NCBI GenBank assembly: GCA_001275005.1 | Contig: JWZX01003135.1 | Span: forward strand, 1-48,815 | Reading direction: 5' to 3' | Source of the DNA: Chrysochromulina tobinii | Taxonomy: Eukaryota | DNA length: 48,815 bases | Part shown: one piece after another, positions 1-10,878 of the stretch | How positions within the stretch are numbered: the first letter of the stretch is position 1 | How the letters are laid out: each line of letters starts with the position of its first letter | Notes under the pieces: model-generated | Database searches by the model: none | Told to the model about the DNA's origin: nothing | Seen by the model: the letters and a program-made list of their open reading frames with translations, nothing else | Position numbers and translations under genes: made by a program

Positions 1-570
1 AGCTTCTTCGGCCAAGCGGTCCTTCACATGCAATTCACACACGCGGACACGCGGCGTGCGATTCTGGAGTCGCTGCATTGGTGGAAGGCCCCTCCGGCCG
101 CCGCCTCGGCCGCCGCCGCCACGACCGCCGCCTCGGCCGCCGCCTCCTCCTCCGCCTCCCCCTCCGCCTCCGCCGCCGCCGCGCCGTTGCCCAGCACGGC
201 GCCGTTGCTTCGCACGACGAGCTGCGCGGCGCTTGCGAGCGGGAGCGCCGTCGTGAGCGGTGCCGGCATGCTCGCGGGCGTCGTGCTGAGCTCCGCCCTC
301 GCTCCCTCTGCCCTCATCTGCCTCCTCCCCGGCCACCAACCCAACCAGCCAGTCGCACTGCCGCTGCCCTCCCCGGCCGAGCCCAGCCACTGCCCGTGCT
401 GCTGGCGAGTCGATGCACTGCAGCAGGCGGCGGCGCGGGGCGCGGACGGCGGCGGCGCGGCGCTCAGCGCGGCGCTCGCGTCCAGTCCGCAGGCAGCGGC
501 CGCGGAATCCAAGGCGCTACGCAAGGCGGCGCGCTACTCGGGCTGCCGCATCTGGCGAAGGTACGCGTGA
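1..570 (+). CDS. 3' end of a hypothetical protein (5'-truncated by window edge)
   Basis: Frame is open from base 1 (SFFGQAVLHMQFTHAD...) to TGA at 568-570, with an Ala/Ser-rich linker. No family recognised. Confidence 0.45.
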   Translation, partial: SFFGQAVLHMQFTHADTRRAILESLHWWKAPPAAASAAAATTAASAAASSSASPSASAAAAPLPSTAPLLRTTSCAALASGSAVVSGAGMLAGVVLSSALAPSALICLLPGHQPNQPVALPLPSPAEPSHCPCCWRVDALQQAAARGADGGGAALSAALASSPQAAAAESKALRKAARYSGCRIWRRYA

Positions 571-770
571 GCGCCACGAGTACAGTGGGTTATGTTAGAG
601 TGAGGTCTGAGGTGCAACTTGATGGACGTGAAGAAAACCGACTCTTGCTTGCCGATGGAGGGGACACAACGCATGATCGTCCTTTTCCCCACAACAAGTC
701 TTCATGGCTAGGGGGGCTTTCCCACGCAGTTCCACACTGAACTGGCATCGAGGGCAGCAGTTTCTTTGCG

Positions 771-3700
771 ATGGGCGCGGGCGCCTCAGCTTTGCGACGG
801 ACACGAGGAGAGAGCCCGGACGCGGATATCAAGGCCGCCTACGAAGGTGCATCGGCAGATGAGCGATCGGCCTTCCTCGTCAAAGTGGGCGATCAAGAAA
901 AGATGAAGCTGGCGAGCCTCGGCCTTGACGTCTCGAAGGCAGCTCAGTCTGGAAACGAATCGTTCCCGTCGCACCCGTCGAGCAGCCAGACCGCTCGGGG
1001 GCCAGACGAAGTCACCGCCAGCTTGGCCGCCCTCGGATTGGATCGGTACGCTCCTGCGTTCAGAGAGCTTGGGTACGACGATCTGGACTACCTCAAGAGT
1101 TCGTCCCAGGAGGAGCTTCTGCAGGTCGCAAAGAGGGTTCATATGCTCGAGGGTCACGCCGTCAGGTGGGTCAGATCGCTGAGCGGGACTGCGGCGTCGC
1201 TCGAAACGGTGGCGCTGGCGCTTTCGGCCCCTGGTTCCGCGGAGCAGGTCAGAGATCTGCCGGTGCAAGCGCCCCCCAATGACGACGAGGAGGGGGAGCG
1301 CAGCATCGTTCTCTGGTTCATCAAGGCCGACAAGCTTCGGGGCTGCGATGATCGGGTGCTGCCCAGGTTCCAGGACCTGCAGCGCCAGAGGCCCGACTGG
1401 TTTGTCGAGAAAGAGATCACTCTCGAGGGCGCGTGCAAGCACGAGTACGCGGACGAAGTGCTTGCCGTCTCGCACCGCTGGGAGCAGGAAGCTGAGCCGG
1501 ACACGGAGGGCAAACAGTTCATGGCCATGTGTGTATACGTGCGCGGCAAGCCGGCCATCAAACTCGTCTGGGTCGACTTTTCGTGCGCGCCACAGAAGGA
1601 GCGTACCCCGGCCGAGGAGCTCGTCTTCGGGCGTACCCTGCGCTTCGTCAACCTGCTCTTTCTCGGCTCGAGGGTCCTCATTCTTTGCGACCGGACCTAC
1701 GTCACCCGCTTCTGGACGCTGTTGGAAGCATGGATCTCGATGCAGATGGCGACCATCGACGGCCTCGTGCCCGCTCCGCGCGAGAAGCGGCGCTGTGACA
1801 TCGTACCCATCCACCACGCGAGCGAAGTCACCGTCTTGGAGCTCGAAGCCCTGGTGGCGGGCAAGAGCTTGGATGAGCTCTACGCGATGCTCGACAGCCC
1901 GGACGTTAGCGTGACCAATCAGAATGACAAGGGCCAGCAGCTCGCCAAGCTCTTGGGGCTCGACGATCAGGTCAAGCGCAAGATGACGCTCGCCGTCGGA
2001 GCCCCGAGGCCATCACATGGTGGTGCGGGCGTGGGCACGGGCGCAGATTCGCCGGCGCCCCCGAAGGACAAGCGGCTGAAGCGGCTGGTCGAGCAGGTGA
2101 GCAGCGGCAGCTTGGATGCGGCCGGCGCGCTGGCTGACATGCGCGAAAACGAGTCGCTGGTGGCGATTGCGAGGGTGGGCGGAATCGTGCCGCTAGTGGC
2201 GCTGCTCACGGCCCAAGACCCAGCGGCCAGGGCGGAGGCGGCGCGCGCGCTGCGGAGCCTTGCGATAAACGCCGAGAACAAGGTCTCGATCGTGCAGGCG
2301 GGCGCCATCGCGCCGCTCGTGACGCTGCTGAAGAGCGGCACGGATGACCAAAAGGAGCAGGCGGCGGGGGCGCTGCGGAACCTCGCGTTGAGAAACGCCG
2401 AGAACCAGGTCTTGATCGCGCAGGCTGGGGCCTTCGCGCCGCTCGTGACGCTGGTGCAGAGCGGTACGGATGGCCAAAAGGAGAACGCGGCGGATGCGCT
2501 GCGTTGTCTCGCGTTCAAAAACGCCGAGAACCAGGTCTTGTTCGCGCAGGCTGGCGCCATCGTGCCGCTCGTGACGCTGGTGAAGAGCGGCACGGATAGC
2601 CAAAAGGAGTACGCGGCGGATGCGCTGCGTTGTCTCGCGTACAACAACGAAGAGAACCAGTTCTTGATCGCGCAGGCTGGCGCCATCGCACCGCTCGTGA
2701 CGCTGGTGCAGAGCGGCACGGATCGCCAAAAGGATATCGCGGCGGGTGCGCTGTTTTTCCTCGCGGACATCGCCGAGAACAAGGTCTTGATCGCTCAGGC
2801 TGGGGCCATCACCGCGCCGCTCGTGACGCTGCTGAGTGGCACGGGTGGCCAAAAGGAGAAGGCGGCGGGTGCGCTGAAGAACCTCGCGTACAACAACGCC
2901 AAGAACCAGGTCTTGATCGCGCAGGCTGGCGCCATCGCACCGCTCGTGACGCTGGTGCAGAGCGGCACGGATGGCCAAAAGGAGAACGCGGCGGGTGCGC
3001 TGCGGAACCTCGCGGACATCGCCGAGAACCAGGTCTTGATCGCGCAGGCTGGGGCCATCACCGCGCCGCTTGTGACGCTGGAGCAGAGCGGCACGGCTCG
3101 CGAAAAGGAGATCGCGGCGGGTGCGCTGCGGAACCTCGCGGACATCGCCGAGAACCAGGTCTTGATCGCGCAGGCTGGGGCCATCTCTGAGGCGCTGGCG
3201 CTTTTGGACCCTGGCGACGTTGGGGTGCCGCGCGTGTGCCAGCAGATCTCTGACCTGCGCCCCCCCCCCAACGACGACGAGGGGGAGGAGCGCATCGTTC
3301 TTTGGTTCATCAAGGCCGACAAGATTCGGGACTGCGATGATCAGAAGCTGCCCAGGTTCCAGGACCTGCAGCGCGAAAGGCCCGACTGGTTTGAAGAAAA
3401 GGAGATCACTTCTGAGGGCGCGTGCGCGCACGAGTACGCGGACGAAGTGCTCGCCGTCTCGCACCGCTGGGAGCAGCCAGATGAGCCGGACACGCAGGGC
3501 AAACAGTTCGCCGCCATGCGTGCGTACGTGGGCGGCAAACCTGCCATCAAACACGTCTGGGTCGACTTTTCGTGCGCGCCACAGAAGGAGCGTACCCCGG
3601 CCGAGGAGCGCGTCTTCGAGCGTACCCTGCGCTTCTTCTCCCTGCTCTTTCTCGGCTCGAGGGTCCTCATTCTTTGCGACCGGACCTACACCACCCGCTT

Positions 3701-5195
3701 CTGGACGCTGTTGGAAGCATGGATCTCGATGCAGATGGCGACCATCGACGGCCTCGTGCCCGCTCCGCGCGAGAAGCGGCGCTGTGACATCGTGCCCATC
3801 CACCTCGCGAGCGAAGTCACCGTCTCAGAGCTCGAGACCCTGGTGGCGGGCAAGAGCTTGGATCAGCTCTACGCGATGCTCGAGAGCCCGGACATTCAGG
3901 TGACCAATCAGAAGGACAAGGGCCAGCAGCTCGCCAAGCTCTTGACGCTCGACGATCAGGTCAGACCGGTTGTGCGCAAGATGGCGCCGCTGACGCTCAC
4001 GCTCGCCGGCGGAGCCCCGAGGCCATCACATGGTGGTGCGGGCGTGGGCATGGGCGCAGATTCGCCGGCGCCCTCGAAGGACGAGCGGCTGCAGCGGCTG
4101 GTCGAGCAGGTGCGCAACGGCAGCGCGGATGCGGCCGGCGCGCTGGCTGACATGCGCGAAAACGAGTCGCGGGTGGCGATTGCGAGGGCGCGCGGAATCG
4201 TGCCACTCGTGGCGCTGCTCACGGCCCAAGACCCAGCGGCCAGGGCGGAGGCGGCGCGCGCGCTGCGGAGCCTTGCGATAAACGCCGAGAACAAGGTCTC
4301 GATCGAGCAGGCTGGCGCCATCGCGCCGCTCGTGACGCTGCTGAAGAGCGGCACGGATGACCAAAAGGAGCAGGCGGCGGGGGCGCTGCGGAACCTCGCG
4401 GTGAAAAACGCCGAGAACCAGGAAAAGATCGCGCAGGCTGGGGCCATCGCGCCGCTCGTCACACTGGTGCAGAGCGGTACGGATGGCCAAAAGGAGAACG
4501 CGGCGGGGGCGCTGCGGAACCTCGCGTTCATCCCCAAGAACCAGGTCTTGATCGAGCAGGCTGGCGCCATCGTGCCGCTCGTGACGCTGGTGAAGAGCGG
4601 CACGGATAGCCAAAAGGAGTACGCGGCGGGTACGCTGCGGAGCCTCGCGGCGAAAAACGCCGAGAACCAGGAAAAGATCGCGCAGGCTGGCGCCATCGCA
4701 CCGCTCGTCACACTGGTGCAGAGCGGCACGGATCGCCAAAAGGAGAACGCGGCGGGTGCGCTGCGGAACCTCGCGGAAATCGCCGAGAACAAGGTCTTGA
4801 TCGCTCAGGCTGGGGCCATCACCGCGCCGCTCGTGACGCTGCTGAAGAGCGGCACGGGTGGCCAAAAGGAGAAGGCGGCGGCTGCGCTGAAGAACCTCGC
4901 GTACAACAACGCCAAGAACCAGGTCTTGATCGCGCAGGCTGGCGCCATCGCACCGCTCGTGACGCTGGTGCAGAGCGGCACGGATGGCCAAAAGGATTAC
5001 GCGGCGGGTGCACTGCAGAACCTCGCGCTCCACGCCGAGAACCAGGTCTTGTTCGCGCAGGCTGGCGCCATCGCGCCGCTCGTGAAGATGGAGCAGAGCG
5101 GCACGGATCGCCAAAAGGATTACGCGGCGGGTGCACTGCAGAACCTCGCGCTCCACGCCGAGAACCAGGTCTTGATCGAGCAGGCTGGTGGCTAA
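771..5195 (+). CDS. N-myristoylated SAM domain + tandem [HET(TIR-like) domain + armadillo repeats] x2 protein, 1474 aa
   Basis: Intronless ORF starting MGAGAS (myristoylation consensus). SAM-like segment LAALGLDRYAPAFRELGYDDLDYL (~1010-1180). HET-type motifs VLAVSHRW / VWVDFSCAPQ / Y.TRFWTLLEAW occur twice (~1300-1970, ~3290-3960). ~41-42-aa ARM repeats (AGAIAPLVTLVQSGTDGQKENAAGALRNLA) at ~2150-3185 and ~4170-5190. Confidence 0.9.
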   Translation: MGAGASALRRTRGESPDADIKAAYEGASADERSAFLVKVGDQEKMKLASLGLDVSKAAQSGNESFPSHPSSSQTARGPDEVTASLAALGLDRYAPAFRELGYDDLDYLKSSSQEELLQVAKRVHMLEGHAVRWVRSLSGTAASLETVALALSAPGSAEQVRDLPVQAPPNDDEEGERSIVLWFIKADKLRGCDDRVLPRFQDLQRQRPDWFVEKEITLEGACKHEYADEVLAVSHRWEQEAEPDTEGKQFMAMCVYVRGKPAIKLVWVDFSCAPQKERTPAEELVFGRTLRFVNLLFLGSRVLILCDRTYVTRFWTLLEAWISMQMATIDGLVPAPREKRRCDIVPIHHASEVTVLELEALVAGKSLDELYAMLDSPDVSVTNQNDKGQQLAKLLGLDDQVKRKMTLAVGAPRPSHGGAGVGTGADSPAPPKDKRLKRLVEQVSSGSLDAAGALADMRENESLVAIARVGGIVPLVALLTAQDPAARAEAARALRSLAINAENKVSIVQAGAIAPLVTLLKSGTDDQKEQAAGALRNLALRNAENQVLIAQAGAFAPLVTLVQSGTDGQKENAADALRCLAFKNAENQVLFAQAGAIVPLVTLVKSGTDSQKEYAADALRCLAYNNEENQFLIAQAGAIAPLVTLVQSGTDRQKDIAAGALFFLADIAENKVLIAQAGAITAPLVTLLSGTGGQKEKAAGALKNLAYNNAKNQVLIAQAGAIAPLVTLVQSGTDGQKENAAGALRNLADIAENQVLIAQAGAITAPLVTLEQSGTAREKEIAAGALRNLADIAENQVLIAQAGAISEALALLDPGDVGVPRVCQQISDLRPPPNDDEGEERIVLWFIKADKIRDCDDQKLPRFQDLQRERPDWFEEKEITSEGACAHEYADEVLAVSHRWEQPDEPDTQGKQFAAMRAYVGGKPAIKHVWVDFSCAPQKERTPAEERVFERTLRFFSLLFLGSRVLILCDRTYTTRFWTLLEAWISMQMATIDGLVPAPREKRRCDIVPIHLASEVTVSELETLVAGKSLDQLYAMLESPDIQVTNQKDKGQQLAKLLTLDDQVRPVVRKMAPLTLTLAGGAPRPSHGGAGVGMGADSPAPSKDERLQRLVEQVRNGSADAAGALADMRENESRVAIARARGIVPLVALLTAQDPAARAEAARALRSLAINAENKVSIEQAGAIAPLVTLLKSGTDDQKEQAAGALRNLAVKNAENQEKIAQAGAIAPLVTLVQSGTDGQKENAAGALRNLAFIPKNQVLIEQAGAIVPLVTLVKSGTDSQKEYAAGTLRSLAAKNAENQEKIAQAGAIAPLVTLVQSGTDRQKENAAGALRNLAEIAENKVLIAQAGAITAPLVTLLKSGTGGQKEKAAAALKNLAYNNAKNQVLIAQAGAIAPLVTLVQSGTDGQKDYAAGALQNLALHAENQVLFAQAGAIAPLVKMEQSGTDRQKDYAAGALQNLALHAENQVLIEQAGG
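1210..5190 (+). repeat. Intragenic ~2-kb tandem duplication (about 1210-3185 vs 3190-5190) containing ~123-126-bp ARM-coding repeats
   Basis: Long near-identical nucleotide stretches between the halves. Both start ggcgctggcgcttt..g.ccctgg, and the HET coding segments are nearly identical. Confidence 0.9.
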
Positions 5196-5736
5196 CCCCC
5201 AAGCCACCTTGCCATGGTCGTGCCTCCGCTGCCGCGCACGTCGGCATGTGGGCGCATCGGCATGTGGACGCGGCGGCTCCTCGCGCCGCTCGAGCAGCAC
5301 GCGCCTGGCCGGCTGTTGTACGTGCTGTCGAGGTCGCTGCGTATGGCGTTACTTACACTGATGGTCGCTGCTGTGGTGACGCTGGCGATGATGCTGGTGG
5401 GTAGAGAGAGGGGTCTGTGCGTTGAGAGAGAGGGTCGCCGGTCGGCACTGTGTGCAGATAGACAACCGTACAGGAGTGGTTATTCTTATTGCTGTGTCAG
5501 CTGTGGCCTGTGCGCGGACCTGCAGCAAATTGTTTCAAGGTTGAAGTTTCGCAGCGCACCTTAGAAACAAGAATGAAGAAAGCTAGAATTATTTTTGAGA
5601 CCGATGTGTCTGTTCCTGTCTCCAATTTTGCTGTCTCCACGGCTTTCGAGTTTCGTGAAATCGTGACCAAGTGAGGGCCCCCTATTCACACGAATCACAC
5701 CGAGCCTATTACCGAGCCATTCCCTTTCCCATTGAT

Positions 5737-5794
5737 GACTTGACTAGACTTGACTAGACTTGACTAGACTTGCCTTGACTTGACTTGACTTGAC
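5737..5794 (+). repeat. (GACTT/GACTA)n pentamer microsatellite upstream of the 5866 gene
   Basis: gacttgactagacttgactagactt...gacttgacttgac read directly. Confidence 0.85.
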
Positions 5795-5865
5795 ATGCCT
5801 TGGCTTGCGTTGTGACTGTTCGACGTTCTTGAGGAATTTGCAACTCTCGCGAAGTGGACGTCCAC

Positions 5866-8201
5866 ATGGCGGCTGTCACATGGCGTGTCGCTTCTGGGGC
5901 CCCGCCATCGCCGCAGGCCTCGCCCCCTATGCGACGGGCCTCGCGCGACTCGCCGCAGGCCTCGCCCGAAGAAGCCTCCGTCGCGCCATGGCGCGAGGAT
6001 GAGGACTTCCGCCTCGCCGCCGCCGCTAGCCGTGCCACGGAGGCGGACGAGGACGCCCGCCCGTCGCTCGCCGAGCTCGAGGCGCGGCTCAAGGCCGAGA
6101 GGCGGAAGTCGAAGCTTGCGCTCCGCGCATCGATCGGCAGGCCACGAGGCTCGAAGCAATTCGAGACCGAGGAGGCGCTCGCGATCAGGCGCGAGCTGCT
6201 CACGCATCCCGACATCCTCTCCGTGCTCGAACTGCTCTGGTTCTGCGCGAATACGGACGACTCCGACGCGATCATCGACAAGGCCGAGTACACGGTGATG
6301 CATCGCAAGATCACGCTCACGCTCGAGGCCTCGAACGTGACCCCGCGTGAGGAACACATGATGGTCGAGATCGACTGGGAGCGGGATTCCGAGGGCAAGC
6401 CAGGGCTCGACCGCGACCGCTTCTACTGGACGTGGTTCGAGCTCGCGGACATGTACACGCCCTCGCTCGAGGCGGAGGCGTACGTCAACTTCCTCGGCAA
6501 CATGCTGCAGTACGTGGTGCGCATGGACGCCGAGGGTACGCCTTCGTGGAAGTTGGACCGCGAGATCATCGAAATGTACTTTGAGCGCAAGCGTGCCAAG
6601 GGGAAGGACTTTGGGATGGACACGACGCTTCCGATGGTGATGACGCGCTGGTACACGCTGCTGCAGGCCGAGCGGGACCGCGAGCGCGAGCAGGAGCGTT
6701 TGCGGCGCGAGGACCTCGAGATGCAATCTCAGATGCAATCTCAGATGCAATCTCGAGCCTCCGAGGAGCCTTCCCCGCGCACAGGCGTCGCCCGAGGCAG
6801 CGTGCTACGCCCTCGCTCCGCGCCGCAATCCGGAGTCATGCGCTCGTCCTTGTTGGCGCCGACGGGGGCGGGGGGCGGCGGCGGCGGCGGCGGTGGCTTG
6901 ATGGGGTTTGGTAACCACTCGTTGCGCGCATCGCTCTGCGGCGGTTGCCGAACCTCGCTGCGCTCGTCGGTGGCGTCCAGCACGGCGCAGTCCTCCGCAG
7001 TGTCCATTGAAAGGGCCAGGCGTGCCTCGGTGCTCGGGGCTCTGCTGAGCGGGCGTGACGCCGACTTGCCGACTGCGGAGCGTATGGCGAGGGCACGAGA
7101 AGAGTTTGAGGCGTACTTGCGGGGCGACGTGGCAGAGGCGCCCGCGCCCGCGCCCGCGCCCGCGCCTGCGCCCGTGTCTGCGCCCGCGCCGGACGCGACG
7201 AGGGCGGCGCTGCGTCGGCAGAAGGTGAGCGCGGAGGAGCGCGTCTTCGCCGAGTTTCGAGGCAAGGCGGAGGATGCTGCTGCCGAGCTGCGAGCGGAAT
7301 TGGCGGCGGCGCGGATGGCTCGGGGCATGCCCGCGACGGTGCCGGCGCCTGTCCCGCAGCGGGAGGCGGAGGCGGAGGCGGAGGCGGACGAGGACATGGT
7401 GGAGGTGAGGCCTCCGACGCCTTCGCGGCCGCCCTCACCTTCCTCATTCAAAGAGTCCGCGATCGCGCCGAGATGGGCACAGATCGATGAGGAACCCTTA
7501 CCGGACGAGGTCGAGACGTTGACGAATCCGGACGTGGACGAACCCGGTGTCGTCCACGTACCGGCCAGTACCCCCGCCGCCACCCCCGCCGCCATCCCCG
7601 CCGACTCCGTATCCGCGGCCGACGCGCCATCGGACGCGCGATTGGCTGCGCCCGTTGCTGCCGCTGCCTCGCCCAACGCCGCCGATGCCCCCCGGCGGGA
7701 GGCACGCGCTTGTATTGAGGCGCGCGTGCCATACGCGCCCACGATGGCGCCGACGATCACGGGCGCGGTGACTCCCTCCCTAGCCCAGATGGCGCATTCG
7801 AATCACTTGCACGAGCTGAAGGAGCGCATCAACGAGCTCAGGGCGAGATCGGGTGAGCTCAAGGTACGCAAGGAAGCCACCGCCAGAGCCACCGGTCGGC
7901 CGACGACGACGGCGCCCCGGGCACCAGGCACCGGTAGGGCGCCGGGCGCGCCGTCGCCGCGCTCTGGCCTTGCCTCGCGTGACCCCCGCTTCGCGGCGCA
8001 TAAGGTCGACCCCGACTCGTTGTTCATTGAGGTTGCCCCGGCGACGTCGTCGATCAACCCTCGCGCCTCGTTCAGCTGGAGCACCGGCCCGCGCACCGCT
8101 CTCCCGTGGGAGGTCGCCCCTCCGCCCATGGAGCCCTGGGGCAGTGCGCAGCTCGCGCCATCTCGCCATCAGTCGCCGCCTCGTTCTCCAGATGCGTCGT
8201 C

Positions 8202-8236
<35 letters not shown>

Positions 8237-10221
8237 GCCTGCACGTCAGCTCGTCGCAGCTGCAGCCACAACGACGCGACCCCTTCGTGCAGCGCCCCCT
8301 GTGGCAGACCGTCTCCCCCGATCGGTCAGCCGAGAGCACGCCCGCACCATACGGAGCTCCGACGGACCGCACGGTACGTCCTCTCTGGCAGGTCCTCGCG
8401 CCCGACGGCGGCGCCGAGCGTAAGCAGTACGAGCACTACAAGCCACCAACGGACGCCCGCGCTGGCCCGCCGATCCCGACGTCGTTTGATGGAGGGAGCA
8501 AGACCAGCGGCCCGCGCTTCAGTGCCTCCACCATGCCGCGCTTCGCGCCGCCGCCGGCGGCTGCGACGCAGACGCCCGGGCCCGGCGCGTACCTGTCGCA
8601 GGGGACGCTTGTGATTCGTCCAGGCTCGCCCGTCGAGAGCCATACCGCCGCGTACGCGGCCGTGAGCATGCAGTTCAGCGAGCCTCGGTGTGCGGACCCG
8701 CCCGCGGCCGCCACGCCCGGCCCGGGGGCGTACAATGTGACTGGCGGCCCGTCGCGTCCCAACCGTCCAGCGCCAGCGCCCCACCCGATCCGAACGACCA
8801 TCACTGTGCGACCTCCTACTACGACGTCCAACGAGGGAGGTACCGGTACGGCGGCGGAGGACCTCGCCGTCGATGGTGCGCCATTTTCGCCGACCACGCC
8901 GCATGTGCTGAACCGGCTGGCGGCGGATATTGCGGCGGCGGCGGCCTCGGCCATCGCCGAAGCACCGGCGCTCGCTCAGGACGGCGCTCAGGACGGCGCC
9001 GCCGCACAGCCATCGCATCGCGCCGCGCCGTCGCTGCACGCGGAGATCGAGCGAGCTCTCGACAACAAAGGATCGCTACGCTCACGCATCGTACAGGCTC
9101 TCTCCCGCGCCGTCGACGATCTGCAGCGGCTCCCCGTGCTCCGATTGATCCTGCAGGGTGGGCCGCGCGACTGGTGGGCGCTACCCTTGGTTCTCGACTC
9201 GCGCTGCTCAGCGCGCGAATGGGAAGATGCCACACTGGTGAGGTACGCGGCCGAGCTGCACCGCGCCGCCGTGGGCGCCTCCACAGAAGAGGGGCGGCAG
9301 TCCCTCGGCCATGCGCTGCAGTCGCACCCCCTGCTCACCGGCTTGATCGCGATGATCGCGGCCGACTCGGCCGGCATGCTCGGCGCCGCACGCCGCTGCA
9401 GCGCCCTCGAGCGCCGGCAGCTGAGCCGGATTGCGCTCTCATCAGTCGCGCGTGATCAGGGATCCCCCGCCGCCTTCCTCGCACTCAATCTCGCACTCTG
9501 GCTCGCCGTGCTGCGCGACGTGGAGCTCGAGGCGCAGGTCAAGTCCGCAGGAGATGCTGCGTTCGCGGTACAGCCGTCGAGCGGATTGCGTCTGCGAGGC
9601 GACTTGTACGCGGAGGCGAAGCAGTCCCTCAAGCAGCGGCCGCACAGTGCGCGCGCGCCGAGCAGCGGTGCCCACTACGGCGCGCACGCCCACGGCACGC
9701 GCCCGGGCACGGAGTTTCGTCAGAACCTCAATCTCGCTCAATCCCCGGGCACGGAGTTTCGTCAGAACCGTCTCAACGGGCATGTCGCCCATGACGACGT
9801 TCGGCTCGACGGCCATGAGGACGTCGCCGCCGCGGTTGCCGCCGAGAAGGCCGCCGCCGTTCCACGCACCAGCCAGTGCATCAGCGGCGGCGGATCGAGC
9901 CCGTTTGCGCTCTCGTCCTTGCAGAGCCACAGCGCCGCGGCACCACGGCGCATCCGTATGGCTCAGATGAGTCTCAGCCAGGTGACGCACAGCCCGCGCC
10001 CTCTGGTCGCGCCGGTGCCCCTCTCGGTGCACGACGCGAAGACGGCGCGCCGGCCTGCGCCGCCCGCGCCCACCAAGCCGGTGCCCCCCACGTTTACCAA
10101 GCCCATCGTCCCGAAGGTGGTCGTCGCCAGCGGCGGCCAGTTGGCGGTCGTCGGCAGTGCTGGCGGCGTCTTCGTGGGCGCCCATCCAGAGTTTCGCCAT
10201 CCGCTGCACGATGTGTGGTGA
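5866..10221 (+). CDS. Large low-complexity protein with N-terminal EF-hand-like region, polyQ and two TPGPGAY (SHIPPO/ODF3-type) motifs; possibly flagellar
   Basis: 1455-aa ORF (first ATG 5866). EF-hand-like loop NTDDSDAIIDKAEY. polyQ at ~8203-8234. TPGPGAY at ~8572 and ~8713. Confidence 0.7.
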
Positions 10222-10687
10222 GACGCAGACGGCTCATGCGACTCATGGCAACTGGACTCTGGAGCGGTCGTTAGCGCGACTACCAGCGCGACCAGCACGA
10301 CACCCAACAAATCCTGTTAAGGTAGAAGTACAGCTTACTCAGGGACATCTGTATTCTGTTGTAGAAGAACAGAAGTGCGGAAAGTCAAGGTGCGTAGTAT
10401 TAACAATTAAGTAAATCTATACGGGCCGGGACGGGGGCCGAGTTAGCCGAAGCGCGTTCCGGTACCGTCCGGTAGGTTCTCGGCGCGGGAGCGGGGAGGC
10501 CGAGCCGAGGCGCTTCGAGGCGCGGCTCGCCTGGGATACATTCCACTTTCCGGTTTCCACGGGCGACCTTTCTAACCACAGCGCAGCAACACATCATGCA
10601 CATGTAATCTGATTGCCTCCTAGCTCCCAGCTACTGGGATTACCAAGGCGCACCACGGGGAGGTGAGCAATCGACGCGCCTCATACT

Positions 10688-10850
10688 GGGGTAGTGTATC
10701 CGTCCGGTCAGCACTCTGCTGCTTTGCGCCTCACTGTGCTGGGGTAGTGTGTCCGTCCGGTCAGCACTCTGCTGCTTTGCGCCTCACTGCGCTGGCACGT
10801 CACATGGTCTCAGCGCTGGCACATCACATGGTCTCATCACTCATGGTCTC
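10688..10850 (+). repeat. Two ~52-bp direct repeats followed by short cacatggtctca repeats
   Basis: ggggtagtgt.tccgtccggtcagcactctgctgctttgcgcctcactg occurs twice, followed by catggtctca three times. Confidence 0.75.
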
Positions 10851-10878
10851 ACTTTCTCACACACAATGCTGAAGCGCC

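Noticed and set aside
786..5300. Long minus-strand ORFs over the SAM-HET-ARM gene (similarly 11152-12804 and 40920-42623 on +)
   Set aside because: They are stop-poor shadow frames caused by high GC3, with no recognisable motifs.
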